Part shown: positions 15,205 to 24,124 of the stretch, in pieces
Layout of the letters: each line of letters begins with the position of its first letter
Position numbering within the stretch: the first letter of the stretch is position 1
Notes under the pieces: generated by a model
What the model saw: the letters and a program-made list of their open reading frames with translations, nothing else
Database searches by the model: none
What the model was told of the DNA's origin: nothing
Source of the DNA: Candidatus Micrarchaeota archaeon
Lineage (GTDB): Archaea > Micrarchaeota > Micrarchaeia > Micrarchaeales > CABMGC01
Length of the DNA: 40,907 nucleotides
NCBI GenBank assembly: GCA_030040595.1
Contig: JASHTL010000029.1
Span: 1 to 40,907, forward strand
Reading direction: 5' to 3'
Program-made: the position numbers and the translations under genes

Positions 15205-15600
15205 TTACGCACCGCGCCTAGGCCTCTGCTTGAATTCCTTGTATTTGAGCAAGTACTCTATCCGCTCCGTGTCCTTGACCTGCTCTATGTCGGTAGCATG
15301 GGGATCGAAATCTGCGGAGAGCATGTGGTAATGGCCGGGTATCGTCGAATACGTGTCCTGGTATATTCCGAACCTGTCTACCTTGCTGAAATAATATGAG
15401 AAGCAGAAGTTCCTGAATGTCTCGAAGACCAGTTTCCTGACCCCTACGTCAGGCTTCTTTATGTGCTTCCTGTATACGACCATCATGCGGTACTTGTGCC
15501 CCTTCTTGTTCTTTGCATCAAGTATGATTACGTTCCCGTCCTCGTAATGCACAGTCTCGTCTTTCCTGTCCAGGTTGCAAAGGGGGCACTTCTCCGTCAT
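15205..15600 (-). CDS. HIT-superfamily-like protein (degenerate histidine triad)
   Basis: The N-terminal CPLC, then VHYEDGNVIILDAKNKKGHKYRMMVVYRKH, parallels the HIT layout C.FC...yED......D.....gH.LviPk.H. GHYHMLSA sits where HxHxHxx is expected. Confidence 0.45.
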   Translation of the reverse strand: MTEKCPLCNLDRKDETVHYEDGNVIILDAKNKKGHKYRMMVVYRKHIKKPDVGVRKLVFETFRNFCFSYYFSKVDRFGIYQDTYSTIPGHYHMLSADFDPHATDIEQVKDTERIEYLLKYKEFKQRPRRGA

Positions 15601-15840
15601 GAAATTCAGCCATTTCTTATTTATTATACTGCTAGCATAAAAATTGGTGGGGAACGCAGCGTGGATGGCCGTCTTTCTTTACCTGCTCCTGCCTGACTTT
15701 ATCAGCAGGCTCATCAGTTGCTCGGCTATAGGCTCATTGCCTATGACGAATCCAACGGCCGACTGGGCATCATGTGCTCCGCAGCGAGCTTCTCGAGCCT
15801 TTGTGGCCTTCCTGCATCGTCAAGCGTATAGAATAGCATG

Positions 15841-15853
15841 ATGCCTAAGGCAT
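15841..15853. repeat. 13-bp palindrome ATGCCT-A-AGGCAT in a non-coding gap
   Basis: Read directly from the sequence. It lies in the 15601-16048 gene-poor stretch. Confidence 0.3.
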
Positions 15854-15953
15854 TAAGCTACATCTTGTCCGCAATCGGGAGGGTGGAGGGCCGCCCTTGA
15901 CTATTTCTAGCGACATGCATATCCGTCCTACGAGGTAGTTGCCTGTATGTTAC

Positions 15954-16040
15954 TTACTGTAAGTTTGGATGTAGTGTCAGAGCACCTCCTTTGTGGCAAG
16001 GACAGATGTCGTGGCACATCTCCTCGGTACATTGGTTCAT
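15954..16040 (-). CDS. candidate small ORF: 28-aa Cys/His-rich peptide MNQCTEEMCHDICPCHKGGALTLHPNLQ
   Basis: AGGTGA Shine-Dalgarno lies 4 nt upstream of ATG 16040. Four Cys and three His fall in the first 24 residues. It is too short for the ORF track, and coding status is unproven. Confidence 0.3.
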   Translation of the reverse strand: MNQCTEEMCHDICPCHKGGALTLHPNLQ

Positions 16041-16176
16041 GCCTTCACCTAGTTTTGTAGTAACATGATTATTTCTTTATACTCTTCTAGACCTTTGAAT
16101 GATGTGGGCACTGCTGGCGTATCATCCTGCAGCCTTATCAGGCTGTACCTGACAAAGTGCTGCACCCGCGTGGGCA

Positions 16177-16761
16177 TCATGGCGAGCAGGCTGCTGAATC
16201 TCCGCTGAATATGGCGAACTGGTGCGCCCCCCCCTCGCCAGCCTTGTTGCGTCCCCATGTCTGGATTGTTGTAAAGCCAGCAGCACCGAGCAGGCCGAGG
16301 AGTTGCTGTGGTGTCATCTCGGAAATGTGGAACTTATTTGTGCCTTCGGAGTATGTTTTATTGGGCGTGGAGAGCATGAGGAGGCCGCCTGGCTTGAGTG
16401 ACTTATGACACTCGGACAGGAACTTGGCCGGGCGCGGCACGTGCTCGATGGTCTCAAAGCTGACTACCATGTCAAGATTATTCAGGACGAGCGAGAGCGA
16501 TTCTGCATCGTGCCTGATGAAGGTGATTGTTTTGGCTGCGTAATGTGCATTGGCATAATCTATGACCTCTTGTGAGTAGTCAATGCCAATGGCACTTTTT
16601 GCGCTCCTGGCAAGTAGTGAAGTACCGTAGCCGGAAGAGCATGCAACATCGGCAACTGTCCAGTCGCGACCTATGAATTGCCTTGCGAGTGCATATCTGA
16701 TGACCACTCCGGTATCATTGAGGCCTTGGGAACGCTCGCCGCTCGTGAAAGTATCCGACAT
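16177..16761 (-). CDS. class I SAM-dependent methyltransferase (possibly frameshifted; an alternative frame continues to 16049)
   Basis: VADVACSSGYGTSLLA (motif I, G-x-G type), GIDYSQ (motif II), MVVSFETIEHV, LKPGGLLMLSTPN. The G8 run at 16227-16234 separates this frame from overlapping ORF 16049-16258. Confidence 0.8.
   Translation of the reverse strand: MSDTFTSGERSQGLNDTGVVIRYALARQFIGRDWTVADVACSSGYGTSLLARSAKSAIGIDYSQEVIDYANAHYAAKTITFIRHDAESLSLVLNNLDMVVSFETIEHVPRPAKFLSECHKSLKPGGLLMLSTPNKTYSEGTNKFHISEMTPQQLLGLLGAAGFTTIQTWGRNKAGEGGAHQFAIFSGDSAACSP
16227..16234. repeat. homopolymer C8 (+) / G8 (coding strand) inside the methyltransferase 3' region
   Basis: gtgcgCCCCCCCCtcgcc read directly. 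It was the only run of 8 or more G/C that I noticed in the window. Confidence 0.9.
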
Positions 16762-16845
16762 CGAATTAACCCGCTAATTGTAGTTTTTGACTCTATTTTT
16801 GTATTTTCTGTCGGCTGAACATGATCGAATCTGTGGTCTTTGAGG

Positions 16846-17805
16846 CTACCATTTACCGCCCATTATTCCGTTTATCGAGGCCTCTACCGCCTGCCTCGAG
16901 TTCATCGATGGTTTGAAACCCATCCCCCTTATCTTCTCTATGTCCATTGAGTTATCAGTTATATCGCCCTTCCATCCTCCTTGCGTTCCGGTATAGCGTA
17001 TTTTTGCACCTGGTGCGGCCTTTGCAATTATCATTTCCGCTATCTCCTTGACGGTTATTTGGTCTTGGGTGCCTAGATTGTATATGTTCTCCTTCTCCTT
17101 TGACTTTAGCATGATCAGGAACATGCCGCTTATGCAGTCATTGACATTGAGATACGACTTCTTCTGCATGCCGTCCCCAAGGACCTCAAGTTCCCTGTTA
17201 TTCGCCTTGATCTTTCTAAGTAAGTCCGGCACGACCCCGCGCGACTGGTTTTTCCCTATTATGTTAGCATACCTGAATATGTAATAATTCATATCGAAGA
17301 AGTATGAGAATGCCATTATCTCCATCTCTACGCTCGCCTTGGCTGCCCCGTACAGGGATATCGGTCTTGTTGGCTGGTCCTCCGGTGTTGGCCTTACTTT
17401 TGCAAGCCCATAGACAGAGCCGGATGAGGAGAAGACAAAGTTCTTGATGTCGTTTTTCCGGGCCTCCTCGAGCACATTGTATCCGGAGAGAATCCCCTGG
17501 TCTATATCCAGGTGGGTATCCTTAGCGCCTTTCTGTATGTCGCCATTGGCAGCCAGGTGTATTATTGTGGTTATGCCTTTGCCCTTCATAGCCCTGGAGA
17601 GGGCATCCCTGTCGAGCGTGTCGCCTTTTATGAATTCAAAATTCTTATTGCCTATCAAATGCTGTACGTATTCTTGCTTTCCGGAGCTAAGCGTGTCATA
17701 GGTTATTACCCTGGCTCCTTCCTTAATCAGCCTTTCGGAGAGATTGCTGCCTATGAATCCTGAGCCTCCAGTTATGAAAAATGTCTGATTCTTGATACTT
17801 TCCAT
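16846..17805 (-). CDS. NAD-dependent nucleotide-sugar epimerase/dehydratase (extended SDR)
   Basis: FFITGGSGFIGSNL (Rossmann GxxGxxG), SSSGSVYG, and YGAAK (YxxxK catalytic motif). Confidence 0.85.
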   Translation of the reverse strand: MESIKNQTFFITGGSGFIGSNLSERLIKEGARVITYDTLSSGKQEYVQHLIGNKNFEFIKGDTLDRDALSRAMKGKGITTIIHLAANGDIQKGAKDTHLDIDQGILSGYNVLEEARKNDIKNFVFSSSGSVYGLAKVRPTPEDQPTRPISLYGAAKASVEMEIMAFSYFFDMNYYIFRYANIIGKNQSRGVVPDLLRKIKANNRELEVLGDGMQKKSYLNVNDCISGMFLIMLKSKEKENIYNLGTQDQITVKEIAEMIIAKAAPGAKIRYTGTQGGWKGDITDNSMDIEKIRGMGFKPSMNSRQAVEASINGIMGGKW

Positions 17806-17847
17806 TTAATCATTCCAATCCGCATTTACTTCTTTTATCTTTGTTGG

Positions 17848-18702
17848 TTATTTTGGGTCGTTAGTGGCATGATACGCGCTTCTTATGAGGGATATAGTTT
17901 TAGCGTGGGCGCGATATGCGTAATATTCCAGGATAGGAGTTGCGGATGCGCAACGCCTGCAGAGAACATCTCCATCCAGCTTGTATCTATTGTCTTGGAT
18001 CTTTCGATATGGGGGCGATGCTATTATGTTGTCATAGCTCTGGGCAAGTAGGTTTCCAAGAACTGTTGAAACACCAAAGTCCATGCAGCAAAGAACAACA
18101 TCGCAGTTGGGCAACATAACGAATTGCGGCCTTTCCAGCTTGCCGCACCCGAAGAACCCTTTTAGATGTCTTTCTGGTGTGGGGGAATACTTATTCTTCA
18201 CAAGTCCTGCTCTTTCGTTATTGTATTGGTCAAAATCGTCATTCATTATAACAGTGCTAGTGATACGGAGTTCCTGTAAGGCAAGAGCAAGCACGTTCTT
18301 GTACTCTTCAGTCATTCGTATTCTTGCATTGCCCTTGTTGTCTGGAAGATGGGCGCTGAAGTGGGTAATGTTTGGTATTTTTGCAAGTCTATGGACATCT
18401 TCCTCATGCATGCCTACGAGCGTTGTGTTGATTCTAATGTTATGTTCTTTGGATGCAGACTCTATCATATTTGTACAATCGCTGTTGAGAAACGGCTCTG
18501 TGAAGCCAGAGAAGACTACATCCACATCTTTTGGCAGTGTGGAGATTGCGGCATTGAAATCCTCAAGGCTCAACCTGCGTTTGCCGTGATAGCCTGCCCT
18601 GAAGGCATACTGCGGGCAGTATGTACAATCTACCGAACAGCCAAATGAGGTTGTGACCTCCAGGAACCTCCCTTCCACTGCCAAACAGATGCTCTTAGTC
18701 AT
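17848..18702 (-). CDS. radical SAM enzyme with C-terminal SPASM/twitch-like Cys cluster
   Basis: FGCSVDCTYCPQ is the CX3CX2C motif. The C-terminal GCGKLERPQFVMLPNCDVVLCCMDFGVSTVLGNL...CRRC resembles the auxiliary-cluster SPASM/twitch signature. ATG 18702 is preferred over TTG 18714. Confidence 0.75.
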   Translation of the reverse strand: MTKSICLAVEGRFLEVTTSFGCSVDCTYCPQYAFRAGYHGKRRLSLEDFNAAISTLPKDVDVVFSGFTEPFLNSDCTNMIESASKEHNIRINTTLVGMHEEDVHRLAKIPNITHFSAHLPDNKGNARIRMTEEYKNVLALALQELRITSTVIMNDDFDQYNNERAGLVKNKYSPTPERHLKGFFGCGKLERPQFVMLPNCDVVLCCMDFGVSTVLGNLLAQSYDNIIASPPYRKIQDNRYKLDGDVLCRRCASATPILEYYAYRAHAKTISLIRSAYHATNDPK

Positions 18703-18894
18703 ATGACATACCAATATTCTTTATAGTATGGGGGTGGCTGCAGTCCTTGTTGCGCACAAATAGCCGTTGATCATACAACATTTTATAACCCTGTTATACT
18801 ATGCCACCTTATACGCTTTTAACACCAACTGGTGCAGACCTAGGTCCCTAAATCGTTATTATATATGCTAACTCTTCGTTTTTAATTCTTTTGT

Positions 18895-19875
18895 TCATTT
18901 GACTTCATTAAGTCTTCTTATGACCTCGTCCCTCACCATGTGCGGTGGCCACCTTTTTTTAATAGCTATGCTGGTTACTTCGTAGCCAATTTTGTATCCA
19001 GGGTTTTTATTCAATGTTGCAAGGCAGGTTATCATGTTTGCAATATTTGTACGCGCTTGCAGCAGATCCATGTCTATCTCGTAGAACCTTGATATGTAGT
19101 AGGCAAATATTACATCACTTATTAGAAGCTCTATCGACATTGTCCTGCTTGCAGAGTCTCCAAGAGGATGGAACACCTTTCCCTTATTGAACCATACCGC
19201 GTCATATTTCCTATTTATCACCTCAAGTGCCGCTGCTTGCTCATTTCTGCTTATGACCTTTGCGTATCCTGGAAACCTGAACCCGTGCAATGCATCATAT
19301 TTCCAACTCATGTTTACCCCATGCATTTTGAGGGTTTTGATCATATTATAATTCCTTCCGGTATCAACGAGCATGCCCGACTTCCCGATGTACATGCCGT
19401 AGCCGGTGAATCTGTTATCTATAGGTTTATCTATTAGGGAAAAGTCGTTCATATGCCATTTTTGACTATTGATAAGCGCTTTGAGACGGGGAACTTTGCG
19501 TCCGTCAGAGAAAAGGCTCTGGTCAACAACGCCGGTCGCTATGCCGACACGCTTATTTTTATTATGGAATGCAACATGGTCACCTATCCACGTGTTTGTT
19601 ACATGCGCATCGTCGTCAGTATGTACAACTATGTCTCCATCAGCCTTGTTGTAGGATACGTTCATGGCTTCTTCAAAGAAGCCGTCTGGTTGCTTAACGA
19701 ATTCTATGTCAAGGTCGTAATCCCTTATCCTGTCAAGCGTCTGCTTGTATCCATCCCATGGCTTGTATATGAGCAGCACACTGAACTTTCCGTACTTCTG
19801 TAATTTTAGGCTGTCAAGGAGCTTGTATATCGTATCCCTTGTCTTATAAGTAGGTATTACAACTGTAACATGCAA
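18895..19875 (-). CDS. GT2 family glycosyltransferase
   Basis: MHVTVVIPTYKTRDTIYKLLDSLKLQ ... VHTDDDAHV (DxD) is a typical GT-A N-terminal half. Confidence 0.75.
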   Translation of the reverse strand: MHVTVVIPTYKTRDTIYKLLDSLKLQKYGKFSVLLIYKPWDGYKQTLDRIRDYDLDIEFVKQPDGFFEEAMNVSYNKADGDIVVHTDDDAHVTNTWIGDHVAFHNKNKRVGIATGVVDQSLFSDGRKVPRLKALINSQKWHMNDFSLIDKPIDNRFTGYGMYIGKSGMLVDTGRNYNMIKTLKMHGVNMSWKYDALHGFRFPGYAKVISRNEQAAALEVINRKYDAVWFNKGKVFHPLGDSASRTMSIELLISDVIFAYYISRFYEIDMDLLQARTNIANMITCLATLNKNPGYKIGYEVTSIAIKKRWPPHMVRDEVIRRLNEVK

Positions 19876-19964
19876 TTAATCATCACCAGCGTTTTTATTA
19901 ATATAGTATATTTCACAAACTCTTTTAAGGGGCATTATGCAAAGACTGACTGAGGGATTTAGGG

Positions 19965-21113
19965 ATGAAGGTTTCCTTGATAACACCGATGGATATACGA
20001 TACAGCTATAGAGGCACTGAGGTTGACATTTATGAATATGCGAAATTCATGCAGGGTAAAGGAATCGCAGCCGAAGTCCTTGTGCCTGATTACTCTTTCG
20101 ATGGATTAGTAGAAAGGAGCGATTATGGGAGAGTCTACTCTCTTTATAAAAATGTCCCAAAAAGATCGATAAAAGGACGTAGGTTTTTGCTCCCATTCAA
20201 TTATGGCTTGTACGTATATTCAGGTCTTCCTGAAGACTCAATCGTATATTTTGCTTACAGTATATACGACCATATATTCAACATCATCAGAAAGCCCAGG
20301 GGACAGAAGTATATAATTGCTGCACACAGCATGCACATCAAACACGGCCACATAATAGAAGGGCACCAATACCTTGAATGGATGCTGAATTCGTTCATGA
20401 GGTTTGTTTTTTCTACAAAAGAGGCGAAAAAGAACATCTATCATCACGTGATAACAAATGCTGAGGGAAAGTACCTTGAGGAACTTGGCATTCCCAAGAA
20501 GAACATATTTTATATACCCACATTTGTAGAATCAGGACTCTACAGCCTAGCCAAGAATAAGTCAGGGCGCCTGCACGTAGTTCACATAGGCGGCGTAAAT
20601 AAGGATGCGAGCCGGGTAGTTGCAGTGATAAATGCGCTTCAGGGGAAGCAAGGTAATGTCTCTTTTGACTTCTGTTTTATTGGGGATAAGCAGCCGAGGG
20701 AGCTTTCAGACTTGATTAAGGCCAACAAGAATGTACATTGCCTAAGGAATGTGACGGACATAGAAAAGGCCAAGGTATTGAAAAATGCCGATGTAATAAT
20801 TGTTCCTGCAGTGGAGACATTTTCAAGGGCTATGCTCGAGGGAATGTCAAGCGGTCTCTATGTTATAGCGAGCAGCAAGAATCCCGCTGCATGGGAGATG
20901 CAGGGACTAGGCGCAAATGTCTATATAGCGGAACATGAAAAAATAGAAGATTACGTCAAGTTTCTAATGCGATTGTACAAGCTAAAGTCAAGCAGGTCAG
21001 ATTTCTATTCAGGAAGGATCATAAACAGAAGGATCGCCATAGAAAGATTTGATAAACGGGTGATACTAAGAGAGATGGTGCGCATGTTTATCAATGTTGA
21101 TAGCGATAATTAG
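19965..21113 (+). CDS. GT4 (GT-B) glycosyltransferase
   Basis: The C-terminal half IIVPAVETFSRAMLEGMSSGLYVIAS fits the E-x7-E type GT4 motif. Confidence 0.7.
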   Translation: MKVSLITPMDIRYSYRGTEVDIYEYAKFMQGKGIAAEVLVPDYSFDGLVERSDYGRVYSLYKNVPKRSIKGRRFLLPFNYGLYVYSGLPEDSIVYFAYSIYDHIFNIIRKPRGQKYIIAAHSMHIKHGHIIEGHQYLEWMLNSFMRFVFSTKEAKKNIYHHVITNAEGKYLEELGIPKKNIFYIPTFVESGLYSLAKNKSGRLHVVHIGGVNKDASRVVAVINALQGKQGNVSFDFCFIGDKQPRELSDLIKANKNVHCLRNVTDIEKAKVLKNADVIIVPAVETFSRAMLEGMSSGLYVIASSKNPAAWEMQGLGANVYIAEHEKIEDYVKFLMRLYKLKSSRSDFYSGRIINRRIAIERFDKRVILREMVRMFINVDSDN

Positions 21114-21154
21114 CATAATTTCGTATTCGTAGACTCTGGTAGGCATTTGAGAGA

Positions 21155-22231
21155 ATGGATAAGAGAATTAAGGTATACCTCATAGGTACACAAAATGACT
21201 TTTATAATGCAGCAGGGCAGGGGGTCCAGAGGTATATGTATGAAATGGCAAACATACTACCCAAAATAGACACGCATGCGTTTGAGTTTACGGTGTGTAA
21301 ATACAAGAAACTTCCATTTGTGAGTAATGGACTTACTCCTTTCATGTATAGCCTTATAGATAATTTTAGTAGATATAACATAGTACACAATCTTGATGCC
21401 AGACCCATGGCGTGGTTTAGGTATGGTAAAGCGATATCAATAACAACAGTTCATGATTTTCACTCGGTGACATCTGCAGAGCTGCATGTAGAGGATCGCA
21501 AAGACTTGCGAAAGGTACTTGGCGTACACCTTGTTCTTCTTCCCGGTATTAAATCAGCCATGAGATCAGATTACTTGATGGCAAACTCTACCCAGACAAA
21601 GGAGGAAGCAACAGAATTAGGCTTTGACAAGAAAAGGATATTTGTAGTCAACTTTGGGGTAGATGAAAGGTTCCTGAAGAATAGAAAACCAGCTAGGAAA
21701 AGTAATGACCCGTTCAGAGTAGGATACATAGGCTCTTTAAGTAACTCAAAGAATGTAGGATTTTCTATAAGGGCATTTAGAAAGACTCAATCAAAGAATG
21801 CAAGTTTTGACATTTGGGGTGCAAAAACAAATCAATATTCTAGACTTTTCGAAATGAGCAGGGCAGACAAACGTATCAGATTCAGAGGTTTTGCTCCAGA
21901 AAATAAGCTTGTTGACATATATGACTCTTTTGACGTGTTTGTACATCCCACCTTATATGAAGGGTTTGGGCTTCCAATACTGGAGGCGCAGGCCAGAGGG
22001 TTACCTGTCCTGATATGTAAAAATGCTTTGATACCCGCAGAAGTCAGGAAGTACTGTATAGAAACCGACGATGAAGACCACATGGCTGAGGAGATGGAAA
22101 GGTTAAGATTAAATGGGTATGATGGGAAACTAAAACGTAAAGCGGAGGCCTATGCCAGACAATTTACATGGGTTAGAACAGCTGAGGCGGTCATAAACGT
22201 CTATAATAAGGTATATGATAAAGAGCCTTAA
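21155..22231 (+). CDS. GT4 (GT-B) glycosyltransferase
   Basis: VFVHPTLYEGFGLPILEAQARGLPVLI is the classic GT4 EX7E motif. Confidence 0.8.
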   Translation: MDKRIKVYLIGTQNDFYNAAGQGVQRYMYEMANILPKIDTHAFEFTVCKYKKLPFVSNGLTPFMYSLIDNFSRYNIVHNLDARPMAWFRYGKAISITTVHDFHSVTSAELHVEDRKDLRKVLGVHLVLLPGIKSAMRSDYLMANSTQTKEEATELGFDKKRIFVVNFGVDERFLKNRKPARKSNDPFRVGYIGSLSNSKNVGFSIRAFRKTQSKNASFDIWGAKTNQYSRLFEMSRADKRIRFRGFAPENKLVDIYDSFDVFVHPTLYEGFGLPILEAQARGLPVLICKNALIPAEVRKYCIETDDEDHMAEEMERLRLNGYDGKLKRKAEAYARQFTWVRTAEAVINVYNKVYDKEP

Positions 22232-22297
22232 CCCCATACCGCTATGTGTTAGAAAATTAACAAGGGTACAGGGTTAGATAATTTAAATGGGATAAAA

Positions 22298-23437
22298 TTG
22301 AATGAAAAGAGACTACCAAAAGTTGGGGTAGTAAGTTTTGCTGAGATAAAGGATATAAATTACTACTCGGATCCGTTGTGGGTAGCAGTAGCACTCAAGA
22401 AGACAGGTATAGATTCAGTAGCATTCGTTTGCAAAGACAGCACCAGAGTTACTAAAAAGATTAGGGACCGACCCAGGGTCGTAATAGTGGGTAAAGACCA
22501 TCCAAATGTTGCGCTTGGTGTGTTACAACAGATTATCCATGGCATGGATCTAAACAATAAGATAAATGTGGAAAAACCTGATGTGCTTTTTTTTCACGAG
22601 GGAGGAATAGCTGCTGGCATAGTAAAGCTTCTACATCCAAGAATTAAGATACTATTTAGGCTTGGTATAGAGCAGAAGAGTTATACTGAATTGCCGTATC
22701 CTAAATGGTTCGTCAAGTTAGACCTTTTAATCAAAACCATAATATCAGACGTGCTTTATGTATACACCGAAGATGCATATCGGATGCTTGTTGGATTTGC
22801 ACCATACACAAGGAAAAAGCTTAGAGTTTTCATATATGGAATACGCGAGAACTTATTTGTTGATGAAAACCAATTGGGGCATAGGAAAAAGGTAATACTG
22901 TGCGTTGCAAGAGTGACCAGAAACAAGAGGCAGGACCTTCTGATAAGCAGCTTTGCGAAGATTTCCAATAAATATCCAGGATGGTCAGTGAGGTTGGTAG
23001 GCCCGACGGTGGATATGGGATACCTTAGCGAATTAAACGAGCTGGTACGCAAGCTTGGACTTTATAGAAGGGTTACATTCCGTAATTACGTTTCTGGCGC
23101 TATCCTCAGAAAAGAGTATCTAAATGCATCTATCTTTTGCCTTCCTTCTGATAGGGAGGGGGCAGCTGCTGTTAGATCGGAGGCGATGGCAATGAGGGTG
23201 CCAGTCATAACTACTGAAACAGGGGGTAGCGAGTTCACTAAGGGCAGAGGCATTATAGTACCGATAGGAGACGAGAAAGCCATTACCAAGGCATTGGATA
23301 ATCTGATGTCGGACCCGGATTTGAGGATGGTATTAGCAGAAAAGGGATTTAAATTTGCAAATAAATATAGAGCTACCAAAGTTGCAAGAGAGATAATCTC
23401 AAGTGTGTGGAAGTTGGAGTATAATACAGACGCCTAG
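22298..23437 (+). CDS. GT4 (GT-B) glycosyltransferase (TTG start)
   Basis: IFCLPSDREGAAAVRSEAMAMRVPVITTETGG is a GT4 EX7E-type motif. There is no in-frame ATG near the start. It contains an in-frame T8 run at 22587-22594. Confidence 0.7.
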   Translation: MNEKRLPKVGVVSFAEIKDINYYSDPLWVAVALKKTGIDSVAFVCKDSTRVTKKIRDRPRVVIVGKDHPNVALGVLQQIIHGMDLNNKINVEKPDVLFFHEGGIAAGIVKLLHPRIKILFRLGIEQKSYTELPYPKWFVKLDLLIKTIISDVLYVYTEDAYRMLVGFAPYTRKKLRVFIYGIRENLFVDENQLGHRKKVILCVARVTRNKRQDLLISSFAKISNKYPGWSVRLVGPTVDMGYLSELNELVRKLGLYRRVTFRNYVSGAILRKEYLNASIFCLPSDREGAAAVRSEAMAMRVPVITTETGGSEFTKGRGIIVPIGDEKAITKALDNLMSDPDLRMVLAEKGFKFANKYRATKVAREIISSVWKLEYNTDA

Positions 23438-24120
23438 ATTCTTAAGATTCCAGACTGTAAGTCCTTGTCTATTTCCTGATAGTCCTTGAAGGTGTCAACT
23501 GCACGGTGATAATTGTTGCTAAATGTAACGCATGCAAGTCTCTTTTGTTTTATGAGTTTGGGGTATATGTCGAATTCGAGGCTGCCTTTCTTAGGCAGAT
23601 ACTTGAGCAGCTTGTTACTTATTAGGCTAACTCCCATATTATTCCAGTAGCCCTTTAGTACGGGCTTCTCTTCGAAAGAGGTTACAAGGTTGTTCTTTAC
23701 AGTTGCTATGCCTGCTCGGCTCCTGTACGGCTTGAGTGAGATACAGCATAAGGTCTTGCCCGGCAGGTGCAGCTTTTTGACGTTGATATCGGTTATGTTG
23801 TCGCCATTTGACAAAATGAATTTCTCTTCATTAGCTAGAAGGCTGCTTGCTTTTCTTAAGGCGCCAGCGCTGCCCAGGGGTTCTTTCTCTATAGAAAATT
23901 TAAACTTATCGGAGTATCCTATAGATTTTACGTATTTTACAATCTTATCTGCTTTGTGGCCGCCGAGGAGCACGAAATTGTTGATTCCAAAAGATTCAAG
24001 CCATTTTATCTGCCAGTAGAGTATTGGTTTGCCGCCTACGCTGACGAGAGTCTTTGGTATGCTCTTTGTCAGTGGCATGAGGCGTTTACCAAATCCACCT
24101 GCAAGAATCAAAGCGCGCAT
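23434..24120 (-). CDS. hddC: sugar-1-phosphate nucleotidyltransferase, HddC-like (candidate heptose-1-P guanylyltransferase)
   Basis: MRALILAGGFGKRLMPLTKSIPKTLVSVGGKPIL is the NTP-transferase signature. The 228-aa size with no C-terminal hexapeptide domain fits HddC. The genomic context includes gmhA and hddA. Confidence 0.65.
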   Translation of the reverse strand: MRALILAGGFGKRLMPLTKSIPKTLVSVGGKPILYWQIKWLESFGINNFVLLGGHKADKIVKYVKSIGYSDKFKFSIEKEPLGSAGALRKASSLLANEEKFILSNGDNITDINVKKLHLPGKTLCCISLKPYRSRAGIATVKNNLVTSFEEKPVLKGYWNNMGVSLISNKLLKYLPKKGSLEFDIYPKLIKQKRLACVTFSNNYHRAVDTFKDYQEIDKDLQSGILRI

Positions 24121-24124
24121 TAGA

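Noticed and set aside
15695-15725. C/D-box sRNA-like elements on the minus strand (CUGAUGA followed by CUGA)
   Set aside because: The two boxes are only about 5 nt apart, which leaves no guide region. No C'/D' pair or terminal stem was found.
22587-22594. T8 homopolymer inside the third GT4 gene
   Set aside because: It is currently in frame (GAT GTG CTT TTT TTT CAC) with a full-length GT4 product. There is no overlapping alternative frame, so there is no evidence for a switch. It is only worth re-checking in read data.
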